From assembly GCF_009914755.1 (NCBI RefSeq), contig NC_060935.1: a stretch of 64,000 bases of DNA. The stretch is one strand, 5' to 3'. The DNA comes from the human T2T-CHM13v2.0 reference genome, Homo sapiens. The position numbers and the translations under genes are program-made. Position 1 is the first letter of the stretch. Each line of letters begins with the position of its first letter. This document shows, piece after piece, positions 25,132 through 37,944 of the stretch. The notes beneath the pieces were generated by a model. It had not been told where the DNA came from, made no database searches, and saw only the letters and a list, made by a program, of their open reading frames with translations.

Positions 25132-26704
25132 ACTGACCATCCATGAACAAAGCCCAAACTAGTTCCAAGCCTTGTGGCCAAGGGGCAGCTCTGTGCTAAG
25201 CTGCATCTCCCTGAGCCTGTTTCTCACATGGACACAGTGTTCACCCTCCTTCACATTTCTCCAATCTCACAGGACTTTTCTGTGGATCCAGTGAGATGAC
25301 AGAGGAGAACGAGCTTCGGGAATGAGAGGGTACACAAATGTTAGTTCTACTAATCTCCCACACTCTCCTTGGCCTCCTTCCAGGTGCCTCTTCAACGGTC
25401 TGGGCCCTAAAGTGTCAGGAGATGGTTTAAAATGTGGTCTGGTGTCCACAAGGGATCCATGGAGCAGACCATGACCATTTCAACAGGGTCACAAACTAGG
25501 CTTAGTTTCCAGATGGAGAAAGCCTGGACACATAGCTAATGTGCCTTCCTCGGGGAGTGGTGTAGGAATTCCTAGGTCCAATCAAGCCATACATGGAAAA
25601 GTGTTATTTTTGTACCTTTTAATGCAGTGGTATTTGGGGAAATTAGTGGAAAAGGAACTGCAAAGAGTCTACAATGAGTGACTAATTAGAGGGCCCTGGT
25701 TCTCCCAGGATGTTCAGTTACATTAATTCAAAACGTGACCTGTTTATTTTGCAAGGTCAGGAAGAAGCCTTACCTCCTAGAAAGCCAATGTGGCAATTAA
25801 ATTAGAGTCACCAGAGTTTCCCAGAGGTAATGTATGAAAAAGGGCTTTGTCAACAGTATAAAAACAGAAGTGACCCCTGTGAGGTTGTCACCACTGCCCT
25901 CAATGCGGGGCCATAATGGTCTGCCCCAGGTGGAAGGCCATAGGTGAGAGCTTGTCTAATTAAGGGAGGCACCTGGTAGAGTGGAAAGAACACTGGAGTC
26001 TGGGGCCATGCTTTGCATCTTGACTCTGTACCTAGACAAATCGCTTCATCTCTGTGACTCTCCACAGCTGTATCATGTATGTGCCTCAGTGCCCCGTTCC
26101 TAGGGTTATTGCTGTGCATGTGTGTGGACGGGGTGCTGGTGGAAAGAAGGAAGAAAGGAAATCAGCACTTTTTTTTTCAATTTTGATTTTAGCACATACA
26201 CATACACAGGGCACTGTGCTCAGCCCTGGAGATAGTGTACACAAGGCCTACCTCTAGGAACTGGGAGTTGCACGAGGGAACCAGAAATGTGAATAACTAG
26301 GTCCCAGACTGTTAGGGAGGAGTGAGTACAGAAGACAGTGGGGCATCAAAGAAAGGGGGCCCGACAGCAGACAGTCTATCAGGAAATGCTCCTTATCAAC
26401 TCAGAGTTGCCAAGTTCTAGGCTTCTGACCACTTGGCTTCTTTCCTGCTGAATTTCCAGGCCTGACAGCCACCCAGCCTGCTGGTGTTGGCCTCCTGAAC
26501 TCTCATTTCTATAGCAGAGCGGCTAGGCCTTTCTAAGCAGTGATTATGGATAAACAATAAGCACATCTATGGAGCTTCCTGGTCAGCAACTTGTACCTGT
26601 ATCATGCTGTCTAGTTTTCAAGTTATCTAGTTATCTCTACAACCATGAGTAAGTTGCTAAGTCTTTCTGAGCTCCGCTTCCCTCATTTTTAAGAAGACAC
26701 AATT

Positions 26705-27001
26705 CAGGATCACCATCTATTAGCCATCATTCTGAAACCCCAAAACTCTGAGACTAAATGTTTAACCAAAACTCATTTAGAGGCAAAACCTGACCTGAAC
26801 TGACATGAGGCTTGGAGTCATTTTAAAATCCCATGAGTATAAGTATTCATGTTTCACGGCAGAAATAGTGATGTGTTTGATTACTGCAGGAGTGTTAGGA
26901 GAAATACAAAATATGCACTCCATTTTCTTTTTTAAATCTGAACATTTCCAAATTCTAAAGTGCTTCTGATTCCAAGGGTTTCATTTAAGGAATTTTAACC
27001 C
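26705..27001 (+). mobile_element. MER46C-like (TcMar-Tigger) element
   Basis: aaactcatttagaggcaaaacctgacctgaactgacatgaggc...gcagaaatagtgatgtgtttgattac matches recalled MER46C. Confidence 0.75.
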
Positions 27002-27328
27002 AATAAATTAAATACCAATTTTAAAGGGTCTCTCTGTTTAGAATACCCTTCATCCCTCATCTCTCTGGAAAACATCCACAAACATTTAAAATGTCATCAT
27101 GAATGAATGAATAAAGGAAGAAATCAATTTGTCTTGCCAACAGGAGTTAGGTACTTAACTTTGCTACATAGCTGGTGTAGTAAGAATTTATTTACCAACG
27201 AGGGTCTTTTGCTGCAAGAGAGTTGAGAGAAGTGGTGAACAACATTGCTGAAAACTTTACCTACCCCAGTGTTCTACACCCTCAGAACTAGGTAAAGAAG
27301 CACATCCAAGTAACTGCAGTTGGCATGA

Positions 27329-27352
27329 AACAACAACAACAACAACAACAAA
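27329..27352. repeat. (AAC)n microsatellite
   Basis: Visible aac repeat, about 7 units. Confidence 0.9.
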
Positions 27353-29950
27353 ATCCCAGGCTCCACGAAATTCATAGTGAAAGAAGACAAAAATCTCACT
27401 GGACCTTCCTTTCAACTGTTAGAAACAGGCACAATTTTGCTTTCTGATTTCATAAACTGACTTAAAAGGACCTTGGTTGACACCCCCAGGGACTCTGAAT
27501 AGGTTCTCAATTAAGTTGAATTTTTTGTTTTAAGAAAACACTTTTAGAAGGAGCTTACAAACATGGCAGTGTTTCCCATTTAGAAAGAAAAATAAACACT
27601 CCTCCACTGGATTGGTAGTCAAAACAAAATAATCCCAGCTGCTTAAGACCTGAGAAAGTCAATGAAACTGCCAAACAACAGTGATGCTGACCAGTGAGAA
27701 ATTTGTAAGGCAAGGCAGTAAGGACCCAGTGCTGAAAAAAGAAAAGACCCATGGACGGCCCAGCATCCAAAGTTTGGCTCTGAGGAAGCTGCACCAAAGT
27801 TTAGTGCCCAGTCATCTGGTCTGATTCATCTCATATAACAGGGGCTTCGTAAAGGTTTGTGAGGTAAAAGGAATCCAACAACTTGGAATTCTCTTAAAAC
27901 CAGCTTTTCTTTGGTGGAATTCCTCTTATCTTCTTCAAACTCCTACTAAGGAGAAGACAAAAGTAACAGGATCTGATATTTGAAACAAAACAAAAAAAAC
28001 AACAGAAGGAAAAAAAAATGGGGCTCTAGAGTCAAACAGGCTTGGGCCTGAATCTTTTCCATGCCCTTATGACCAATGACTAATGGGCAAGTCACTGCCC
28101 CTTATTGAGCTTCAGTTTCCTAAACAGTGAAAGGGACATAAATTGAGACACAAATACGATAATGCATGTTTTATAGAAAGACTTCGAGCACATAGAAAGT
28201 CCTTATTAAATGTCAATTCTCCCACCCACCCACTACCTTACCTAGGCTTTGAGAAACTGACACATCTCTCAGAGCTATTTATTCCCCGACCCTCTTAAAT
28301 ATTAACCACCAAGTTTTTAAAGCCCCTTTGCTTTAGAATTTAGATGAGAACAATTCACGAAACATTTAATATTTATTCTGAAAAGTTTCTATGGGGTAGG
28401 GACGAATACCTACTTAATCCTAACCACTTCCTTTGCTTTTTCAACTGTGACTAGTTGATATTTTAGTGAAATCTTTCTTTATATATATCAGTGATTTCTG
28501 GATGATTACCCTTGGGGAAGGATTAGGATTTTGATAAGAGAAAAAGCTACTTCCCCTGTTTTCTTCTCCACAGGGACAATGAGCTGTTCTGTGATACCCC
28601 ACGGTCCTCTTTGCACTTTACATGGGGATTTTAGCAGGGCAGCTCTGAGGCCTACCAGATCTGGGATGGCAGCTCAGGCTGGAGTTGACACAGCTGTGGG
28701 CAGAGGGCCTCTGGGGTGATGCTGGAGAGTCCAGCGCAAGCTCCCGGGAAGGCTGGCTCCAACAGCCTCAGCTCCCACCATAGGAAACTGTCTCATTTTC
28801 ACCCTTTAGGAGCCAAAGAGGCATTCTTTGTAATTTAAAATATAATCTGAATGCAGTCCCAGCTGGCCCTAAAGCAACTGCTCTGTTGAGGGTGGTCTCC
28901 AAGGTCTCAAATTGGTGGAAGGAGATGGGGGTGTGGAGATAGGGAAGAGAGATAGAAAAGTTTTATCAGCTTCAACTTTTTTAAATACCACAACAACCTT
29001 GGAAGGTTTTCTCCCATTTCACAGATGGAGCAACCAATGCTTTCAGAGGTTGGAAACATTGCCTAGAGTTGCACATCTGGGATCCAATTTCAGGCTTGTC
29101 TCTAGAGCAATGGCTATAGCTCTCTGCTACACTGTGGTCCTTAAGCATTGCTTGCTCATTGGTTCATTCACTCACTCATTCAATGAGCACTAAATTAAAA
29201 GTCTCTGAAAAACCATGCACCAAACTGTTAAACGTAGTTATATCTCGGAGGAAGGATTATAAGAGAACTTAACATTTTACCTTTCCATATTATTTGAATG
29301 TTAACAAGCATTGCTACTTTTATAATTGGCAGAAACAATAAAGATAATTCCATTAAAATAATTTCACATTTTTTCCATGAAAAAAATCAAATTAAAAACC
29401 ATAAAAGCATTTATTAGGCCTGCTACATCTACGTACCAGGGCCCTCTAATCTTCACTCACTAGTGCTGAGTCCACACCAGTACCAGCATGTCCTTTGGCT
29501 CATAGAAGATCCCTGGTTTTGGGTTTCAGGAGAGAGGAAGGCAGTAGGCAGGGTCCAGATGGCAGAGACTCATTGAGCTCTCTCATGATCCCAACCCCAG
29601 AGGAACAGACCAGTAAGGACCCAGACTCTTCCTTCAGCCATGAGACATGCTTATTACCAACTTTTAGAGTGACATTCAGAGCAAGGGCCTGGGGAAGGGA
29701 TCCAAAGTGACAAGGTCCCCTGGGGTGCAGGAGCATGGAGGAGCAGCAATGAGCAGACAGCTGCAGGCTAAAGTCCCCCATCTCCTTCCCTGCACATCAA
29801 TAATGCAATAATGTCATCAATTTGCCTTAGAACTCGCAACAAAGTGATTGCTCTTGTTCACTAATTTGCAAAGGAAGAGATTAAGGACTTTAATCTCTTG
29901 CCTTCTCTTCTACGTGTAAGGCTTACTCAGAAATGAACAAAGAACATCAT

Positions 29951-29982
29951 TACACATATACACACACACACATATATATATA
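29951..29982. repeat. Compound (CA)n(TA)n microsatellite
   Basis: tacacatatacacacacacacatatatatata. Confidence 0.85.
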
Positions 29983-31974
29983 TTTCCCCCCTACCCCATA
30001 AGCTTAAGAAGGCTACTGGCAGGAATAACTTGTGACACTCCTAAAATCAGGGTACCTTAGAAATTGCTCCATCACTGGCAAAATGGGGAAACTGAGGCTT
30101 AGAAAGACAGTGATTTGCCAAGGATAAATAGCCAGTGAGCCACAAAGCTGGGTCTGGAACCAGGTCTCCTTGCTCCCAGCCCAGGGTTCCTGTGTTTCTG
30201 TGCATCATTTGAAACACAGGCAGCTAAAAGGCATAGAGGAGTAGGGACATTGAACCACCAAGAAAACAAGCCCACCCCAGGGAGCACTGAGAAAAAAGGA
30301 GGAGGTTTGGGTCTTGGTCATGGAGAATGCAGGGTGTAAAATCCTGTCAGAAGAGAATCATCAAGGACAAAGATCTCTCTGATTTCCAAAGACAGTGGAA
30401 GCGGGGAGGTCCTAGCTAGAAAAGGAGGGTAGGTAATGACCGCCCTTCATTGTCATTTGGTGGGGGAACTCAAGCCAGTTCTCAGAAGAGCTCAGGTGAC
30501 TTTCACCACATGGCCTTCCATACCCTTCCAAGGTTCACACCTATTTACAGCCCAGGCTCTCAGGTTTAAAAGAGCTGGGGCAGGCTTCCCTTGTCCCCAC
30601 CTCAAGTTCTTTGTCCATGTGTTCCCTCTGCCCAGAACACCCTTGGTAATCTCTGTCTGGCACACCTCACTAATTTCTTCAAGTCCTGTAAGTGCCTCCT
30701 TTAGGAGGCATTTCCTAATTCTCTTAGGCAGAGTAGAGGCTTCTTCCTCAGTCACAGAACATACTAGGTTCCTACCGCCTTTGCCACCTTCGGCTATAAT
30801 GATGTACTCCCAAGAGAAAAGATGGCATCTGACATTTCTTGGAGCATCCCCAAGTGCCAAGCAGTGTGCTGGGAGCTTTCACAGACAGGCTGTCTGTAAA
30901 TCCCCTAGAGGCAGGTGGAGGGGACCAGGCAATGACTAACAGTTACCACACTCCTTCTGTGTTCCAGGCACTGTGATGGGTGCTCATCATGAGGTGGGCA
31001 CTACAATGGCCACTTGACCCTTGAAGAAATAAGCCTGGAGAGGCAATGTGACTTATCTAATGTCCCACAGCAATAAAGCTTGTATGTAATTCAAAGCTGT
31101 TTGGTTCCAGAGCCCATAGACTGTCTTATCCCTCTTTGAACCTCTGCCTCCTTTTTCAGAATCTGGCCTGGAATTTAGTACCACACAAGCACTTATAAAT
31201 AAATGTTTGCCAAATCAACACAAAACCTACAGTGTTATTTGTGGGGAAACAGTTTCATTTCCTCTCTTCTCCAAACATCAGGAAATCCTGGGGCTATTAA
31301 GGTGATCCTAGGTTACCTCATGTACATCCTGCCCCACCTCTTAGAGGTTTGAATTCCTTCCTGGGTTTCCTTGCAAAGAAGCTGACTGGCCTCTGCTGGA
31401 CAGAGAGGGCAAGCACCTTGGCTCAAGTCTAACAGCACCTGATCAGGGGATACAAGCTGGTCACCCTGGAGCTCTTCTGCCATACCCCACCTCCCACCTT
31501 AAGAACACCAGGACAGAGCTCAGAATAAGAGAGCTTGCAGATCCATGCTTAAACCCAGTGGCTCTCTCTGCAGCCGGCATTTAGCCCTGCAGCTGGCTGG
31601 GGCTTCAGGGCCGCCTGTCTCCAGGCTCTGTGAAACTGGAGAACTTTTAAAGCCAGCGCTGTTTTATGGGTAATGGGGTAATCCTTCTCAGTTTTTCCAG
31701 TGAAAATGGGGACACTAAAATACTGAGTCTCTGGGCATGGTTGTGACAGTGCCTGGCACAGTCCCTGGCACAGAGTAGGTAGTTGGTTGGTGTTGCCTAT
31801 GTCTTAACCTTTTTTTTTTTTTTCTGTCTGTGTCAATCTTTGTCTCTACCTTTACCTGTCTGGGCCTTCACCTGATGTTTCCTTCTCGTGATGTCTGTCT
31901 GTGCATCTTTGTCGGTACATCTGCCTGTCCGATGTCTCTCATGGGGGTTGGGGACAGAAGCAGCCCTCCAACTC

Positions 31975-32545
31975 TTGCACACTCCAGCGGCGCCGCGGGG
32001 CAAGAGCGGGGCTGCCTGAGCCCGCGGAGCCACGTCAGGCCCCCAGCTCCCCCGGATCCCACCACGCACCAGGCCCCTCCGCCCGGCAAGTGGCCCAAGC
32101 AGGCATCCGCAACGGAAGGACAATTTTAAAAACAAACCCTCAAAAGTAGGAAGAGAGAGGGACTTACCGTTCGCCGCGACCCCCAGGCTGGCGGAGCCAC
32201 TTTTAACTAAGAATGAATTAGGGACAAACTCTTCCTCAGAGTCTGAGTCCGGGGTTGGCTGGGCCACACCGTTGCCTAGCAACCGCCTCTGGCTCTCATT
32301 GGCCGGAGGGGAGGGGGGCGGGGAGGGGGACTGCTCAATAGGGGTTGATGAAGCGGATGAACAATGCAAGGGAGCACCTGCGAACCACAAAGACAAACAC
32401 AGACAGAAAAAATAATGAAAATTGATTTTGAGGCACACGGGGAGGGGGAGGGAGCAAAATAAAACACTCATCAACGGGAAGGGGGGGCTCCCAACACGGG
32501 GCGATCTACTGCACACGTGGGCCGGGGGCGGGGCTGATGCCTCCA
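31975..32545. promoter_or_regulatory. Small CpG/GC-rich island spanning the exon, with a GC box and a CACGTG E-box
   Basis: Dense CpGs (e.g. cagcggcgccgcgggg, cccgcggagccacg, ttcgccgcgac) in otherwise CpG-depleted DNA; CACGTG at 32514-32519; GGGGCGGGG at about 32525-32533. Confidence 0.55.
32168..32377 (-). CDS. TENM4: Internal coding (cassette) exon of teneurin-4, intracellular domain, 70 codons, phase 1-1
   Basis: Minus-strand acceptor ttctgtctgtgtttgtctttgtggttcgcag|GT (AG at 32379-32378) and donor AAC G|gtaagt (32167-32162); 210 bp, divisible by 3. The peptide matches my recollection of mouse Ten-m4 (...ENTET-GAPLHC...GVAAN-DHP...) and resembles TENM2 'DEEFSPNSYLL'. Confidence 0.9.
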
Positions 32546-33665
32546 CAGAGAAAGTTGCTGCAAACTCCTTCTGAAGAGCTGGGGCCTCAGTGCAGGCTGG
32601 CAAAGAGGGAATCTCGGAAGCACACGGAAAGCCTTTTCTGTTCTGCCTGTTCTTTAAGACATACCTGAAAACCCGGGGTCTAGTCCTGACGGGGCTAGGT
32701 GATCTATCAAACAGCTGCCCCTCTCTGGCCTCAGTGGCCTCGCTGATAAAAGCAGCAGTGGGGACTGGGTGATCCCTGAGCCCCTATAAGCTGGCCATTC
32801 TGTGATGTCACCGAACTGATATGATGTTCCTATTACTGAGATTTTATTCCGACCTGCCTGGAACAGGCCCTAGGCCTCGTAAAAAGGTAGAGAGAGCTGG
32901 AGAGAATGATTCAAGGCTTCACCTTTGGCAGTCTAGGATTTCAACACAGCAATGTTTCATTTTTCTAAGAATCTCACATTTTATGATTCTTAAATTCTGA
33001 CATTCTCTGGAACCTGCCTAAAAGCAAGACCCTTAGGAAATTTTGTTCATGTCTTTATATTCAGAATCTAACATAATGCCTGGCACATAGTAGGCATTGT
33101 AGAAGTATTTGTTGACTAGCTTAATTCTAGGGGGTCTCACATACTAGGATTCTTAAGTTCTGATGTTCAAAGATTAGAACATGCTATAATTTTAGGACAC
33201 TCACATTCTGTGAGTTCCAAGATGTTGTAAATCAGTCAGTCTGACCCCAAGTTTCTATCATGCCACGGTTCTAAAACCCCAGCTTTCTATAGTTCTATGA
33301 GCAAACTCCCAACTCTTCAGAAGGAGGAGGCGATGGCTTGGGACAAGAACTTTGAGCTCAGACAATTTGCAGTCTTATCTGTGGCTGACCTTTCAACATG
33401 TGCAGTACATCGTCTATAAGAGAGCTAACATAAGCACAGACATATAAAAGTATACAGTACAAGACAATGCAACCACTTACAGCAAGGGCTGCTCATTTTC
33501 TCCCACCTTGAGTGACAGAAGGTTTATAACATAGTCATATCCATCCAGCTTTTCAAACAGACTGAACCTTAGGAAAAATAATGCAGACCCAGTGGGCCAT
33601 CTTAAGGTTCAGCGGGGCTCTAAGGGGGAGGTGGCACAGAGAGCGGCTGATTATTTGCAGGGTAG

Positions 33666-34364
<699 letters not shown>

Positions 34365-34856
34365 CCAGGTTCCATGACTCTTAAGGTTAACCCCTGAGCT
34401 TAACTTTATGTGACAACATTTTACAGAGTTGATGTGTGTGCCACTTGGCTGGTTGATATTAGAAATTCAGCAAGAAGAATTGAAGCAGCAGAAATAAATG
34501 ACCAAGGTACAACCTCTGGGTGGCTTCTTCCTCTGTGTTTTGGTTTCTTTACCTAAAAATTCAGGCTATGATTCACCGTACAATCTTTTAAGCCAGCATT
34601 CCCGATTCACCTTGAGAGCCTGCCTTCCCTGACACCACTGACCACCCAGTACTAGAGGGCTGAACATTCTGCATTCCTTTCTCTGAATTAACCTTGTCTT
34701 CAGTTCTGATATATCTGCTCTGCTATATTTCTATTTATCTGTATCTGTCTCCTACATGAAAGTATATAGTATATTCTTGGGGTACAGTGCACTTGTGGAA
34801 TGAGCTTTGGAGTTCAACAGAATTGGGGTTTGTATCACAGACTTACCTCCTATTAG

Positions 34857-35191
<335 letters not shown>

Positions 35192-37944
35192 CCTCATTTG
35201 TAATTTGTCCACCCACCACCCCTACCTTTTATATAGCTGCTGTGAGGACTAAAGATAATGTATGTGAGTACACAATATGCATGAGCAGGTGGTTAGTGTT
35301 CACCAAATATCTATTAAAGGTAACAAAACCGCCCCACCAAGAACCACATTCATGACTCCCCCTACGGTTCCAGTTTTGGAAAAGTTCTGTCTACCAGGCC
35401 ACATGTATTAAGCCAATATACGTTGATTTCCTCATCTTTTATTAACCAAAGACACAATATAATCTTCAATCGGAGCTTCTAATGAGCTTGAGATAACCAG
35501 TCCATGCTGAGTTGTTAGAATTTCAGACAAAAATTAAGAAACATGATATGTTGTTTCAGGGTGTTTGTTACAGCCTCTTCCTGAGTAAATCTGTCAAGCT
35601 TTACGAAATAAATAGTTCCAGAACTAAGTAAATTGTTCCGTCATAAACTTCAGAAGCCCTGGGGTGAGAACGGCAGAACGGCACTGAGCCCTCCCAGGCC
35701 TCGTCCCTGTCTCTTCTTTCTCCTACGCATTCCCTGGTCTCTCCTCTGGCCTCTGGGTTGCTCTGAATATTCATAGCTAACATACAGGAGCCCGTAACAA
35801 GTTGCCAGGCCCTTAGTAGGTGTGCAGAGTTTCTGTGAAGTACAGTTATTATTGGAAACAAGTTAATTTCCTTCCTCTTAGTCATTGGCAACTTTGAATT
35901 TAAGTGGTTTCCAAGGTAGGGTACACAGAACTATTTCCTAAGATGTAAGAAAACATTTTAACTCATCTATTTCAAATTTCTGTTTAGTATGTTTTTTAAC
36001 ATATGTAATACACGAGTGCTTGGAATATGTGTATGAAAATGCACTGCTGTACCAATCCAGCATGTACCGGAGCAGGGTAGGGTCACATTGAGAGTATGGC
36101 TCTGGAGCCAGATTGCCTACATTTGAAATCCGGTTCCATTACTTGCCAGCTCAGTGACTTTGGGTAAATTACTTTGCCCTTTGCACCTCCGTTTCTACAC
36201 CTTTATAAAGGAAAATTAAAAAAAAAAAAAAAAAGAAAGAAAAGAGTGCCTACTAATTTCTGGGTTGCTCTGAGGATGAAAGAAATTAAAATTAAAATAA
36301 GTAACATGTTGAGAACTGTGTGTGGCAGCCAGTAAATACCTATAATAAATGTTAGATGTTGCTATGCATAAATATGTACATGTAAAGTGAGGACTAGCTG
36401 TCTTCATGTTTTCTTTTTTATAAAACAGTGTATGATCACGAAAGTATGGCAAATCCTGTTTCATTCCACAAACATTTCCTAAACACTCAGTGATTGGGCT
36501 AGAAGGTGAGGGAGATACAATTAGGAAGCACAGCTGCAAGGGAGCTGGAAGGAGGGGAGGGAGAGTGCACAAGGAGGTCTCAGCAGGGCAGAGGTAGGAC
36601 CTGTCAGAACAGAACCACAGCCCAGTGCAAGGAGCTGGGGGGCTCATTTCAACTGGAGGAACTGAGAAACGCTTCACTGAGCCTTGGAGGATTTCAATGA
36701 GAAAAGATAGGAGCATTAGTATCTGCGGCAGAGGGAGGATACTCTGGCCTAAAGCCTTCATCCTTCACCTGGTCTTCAGCAATCTGTCTCCCCACCTGTC
36801 CCCTTACCTCCCAAGTCTCATTGTTACCATTAGCTTCTCCTTACCAAGTCCACTGAGACTTGCTGAGACACGCTGGCCTGCTCTCATTTCCATGGACTCA
36901 GTGCTCTCTCTTTTGCCAAGTTTGCAGAGCTCTAGGGCACTTTTTGCATTAAATCTATCTGAACGGCAACCCATGGAGCACAACCACAAAAGTTTTGCCT
37001 CTGAGCTTTTGCACAAGCTTGTTCCTCCTCCCTGGGGCACTTCCTTTCCTCTTCCTTCCTCCTCACAACTACCACCCTATATGTCTCTTAGCTTCCACTC
37101 ATCCTTAGGGTTTAATTTCATGACCTCCTCCCTCAAGAAGCTTTCCTGATGCTTCAAGCCTGCATTTGGCACCCCCTCTAGGTGCTCCCACAACTCCCTG
37201 GACTCTCCCTCTTGCAACATTTCTCTCCCTGCAGTATTTACTTGTCTGTGTCCACCCACTAGCTTGCCTTGCCATTACCATATGTGCCTAGTGCAGTGTC
37301 TTGCACATAGAACGCAGTAGTAAATATTTGTTAGGTGAATAAAGGATAGAAGGAAGGTAGGAAGGAAGGAGAGTACCTTGATTATGGCACAAAAGTCTAT
37401 CTCAAGAGAGCAGTGAGAAATAAGACAGGAATGAGAACACTAGAAAAAGGAAATCAGACCTTAATTGGGGAGTCATGGAAATTTTTAAAGCAGGAAAGTG
37501 ACAAGACCGGGGCTGTACTGTAGAAGGATCTGCTCTTTAAACATAAGGCTCCTGCTCAGTCACCTAGATCTCCTTTCTAATTGGCTCAGCTCGGGCAGGA
37601 TGGTGAAAATCCAGATGATCTGAGCCTGCTTTTTGGGTGGGGCTCAGATGTATGTTCACGTGGGCAAATAAGGATGCCTGATTCCATGGGACTGGGGTGT
37701 AGGTGTGCCTTCCCACATGTCCTGGTTATCAGCTGAAGGGAACCTGGCATTGCAGATGCTTCTACTGTGTTTGTAGTAAAAAAGAGTGGGATGACTGAAA
37801 TGAAACTCCTCACACCCGACTCCAACAACCAAGAGGACCAGTGAAGGTGGAGGGGAACCATCCAGGTTTCTAGAGAGGCAGTCTCAATGAGCCCAGCTCT
37901 GGCTTATAGGAGATGAAGATGGAGAAAGAAGGAAACAAAGTGAG

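Noticed and set aside
32083-32096. CTCF-like motif ccggcaagtggccc (similar partial matches near 13206, 50407 and 61704)
   Set aside because: Mismatches at core positions; cannot be supported without a PWM scan or ChIP data.
31833-32603. 256-aa ORF as a stand-alone gene
   Set aside because: Only the central 70 codons between canonical splice sites look like protein. The flanks are translated pyrimidine tract and GC-rich, stop-poor intron, and the listed start is not an ATG.
36216-37149. Overlapping 181-aa and 174-aa ORFs
   Set aside because: They overlap MIR/L2-like remnants and a poly-A run; no homology or splice structure recognised.
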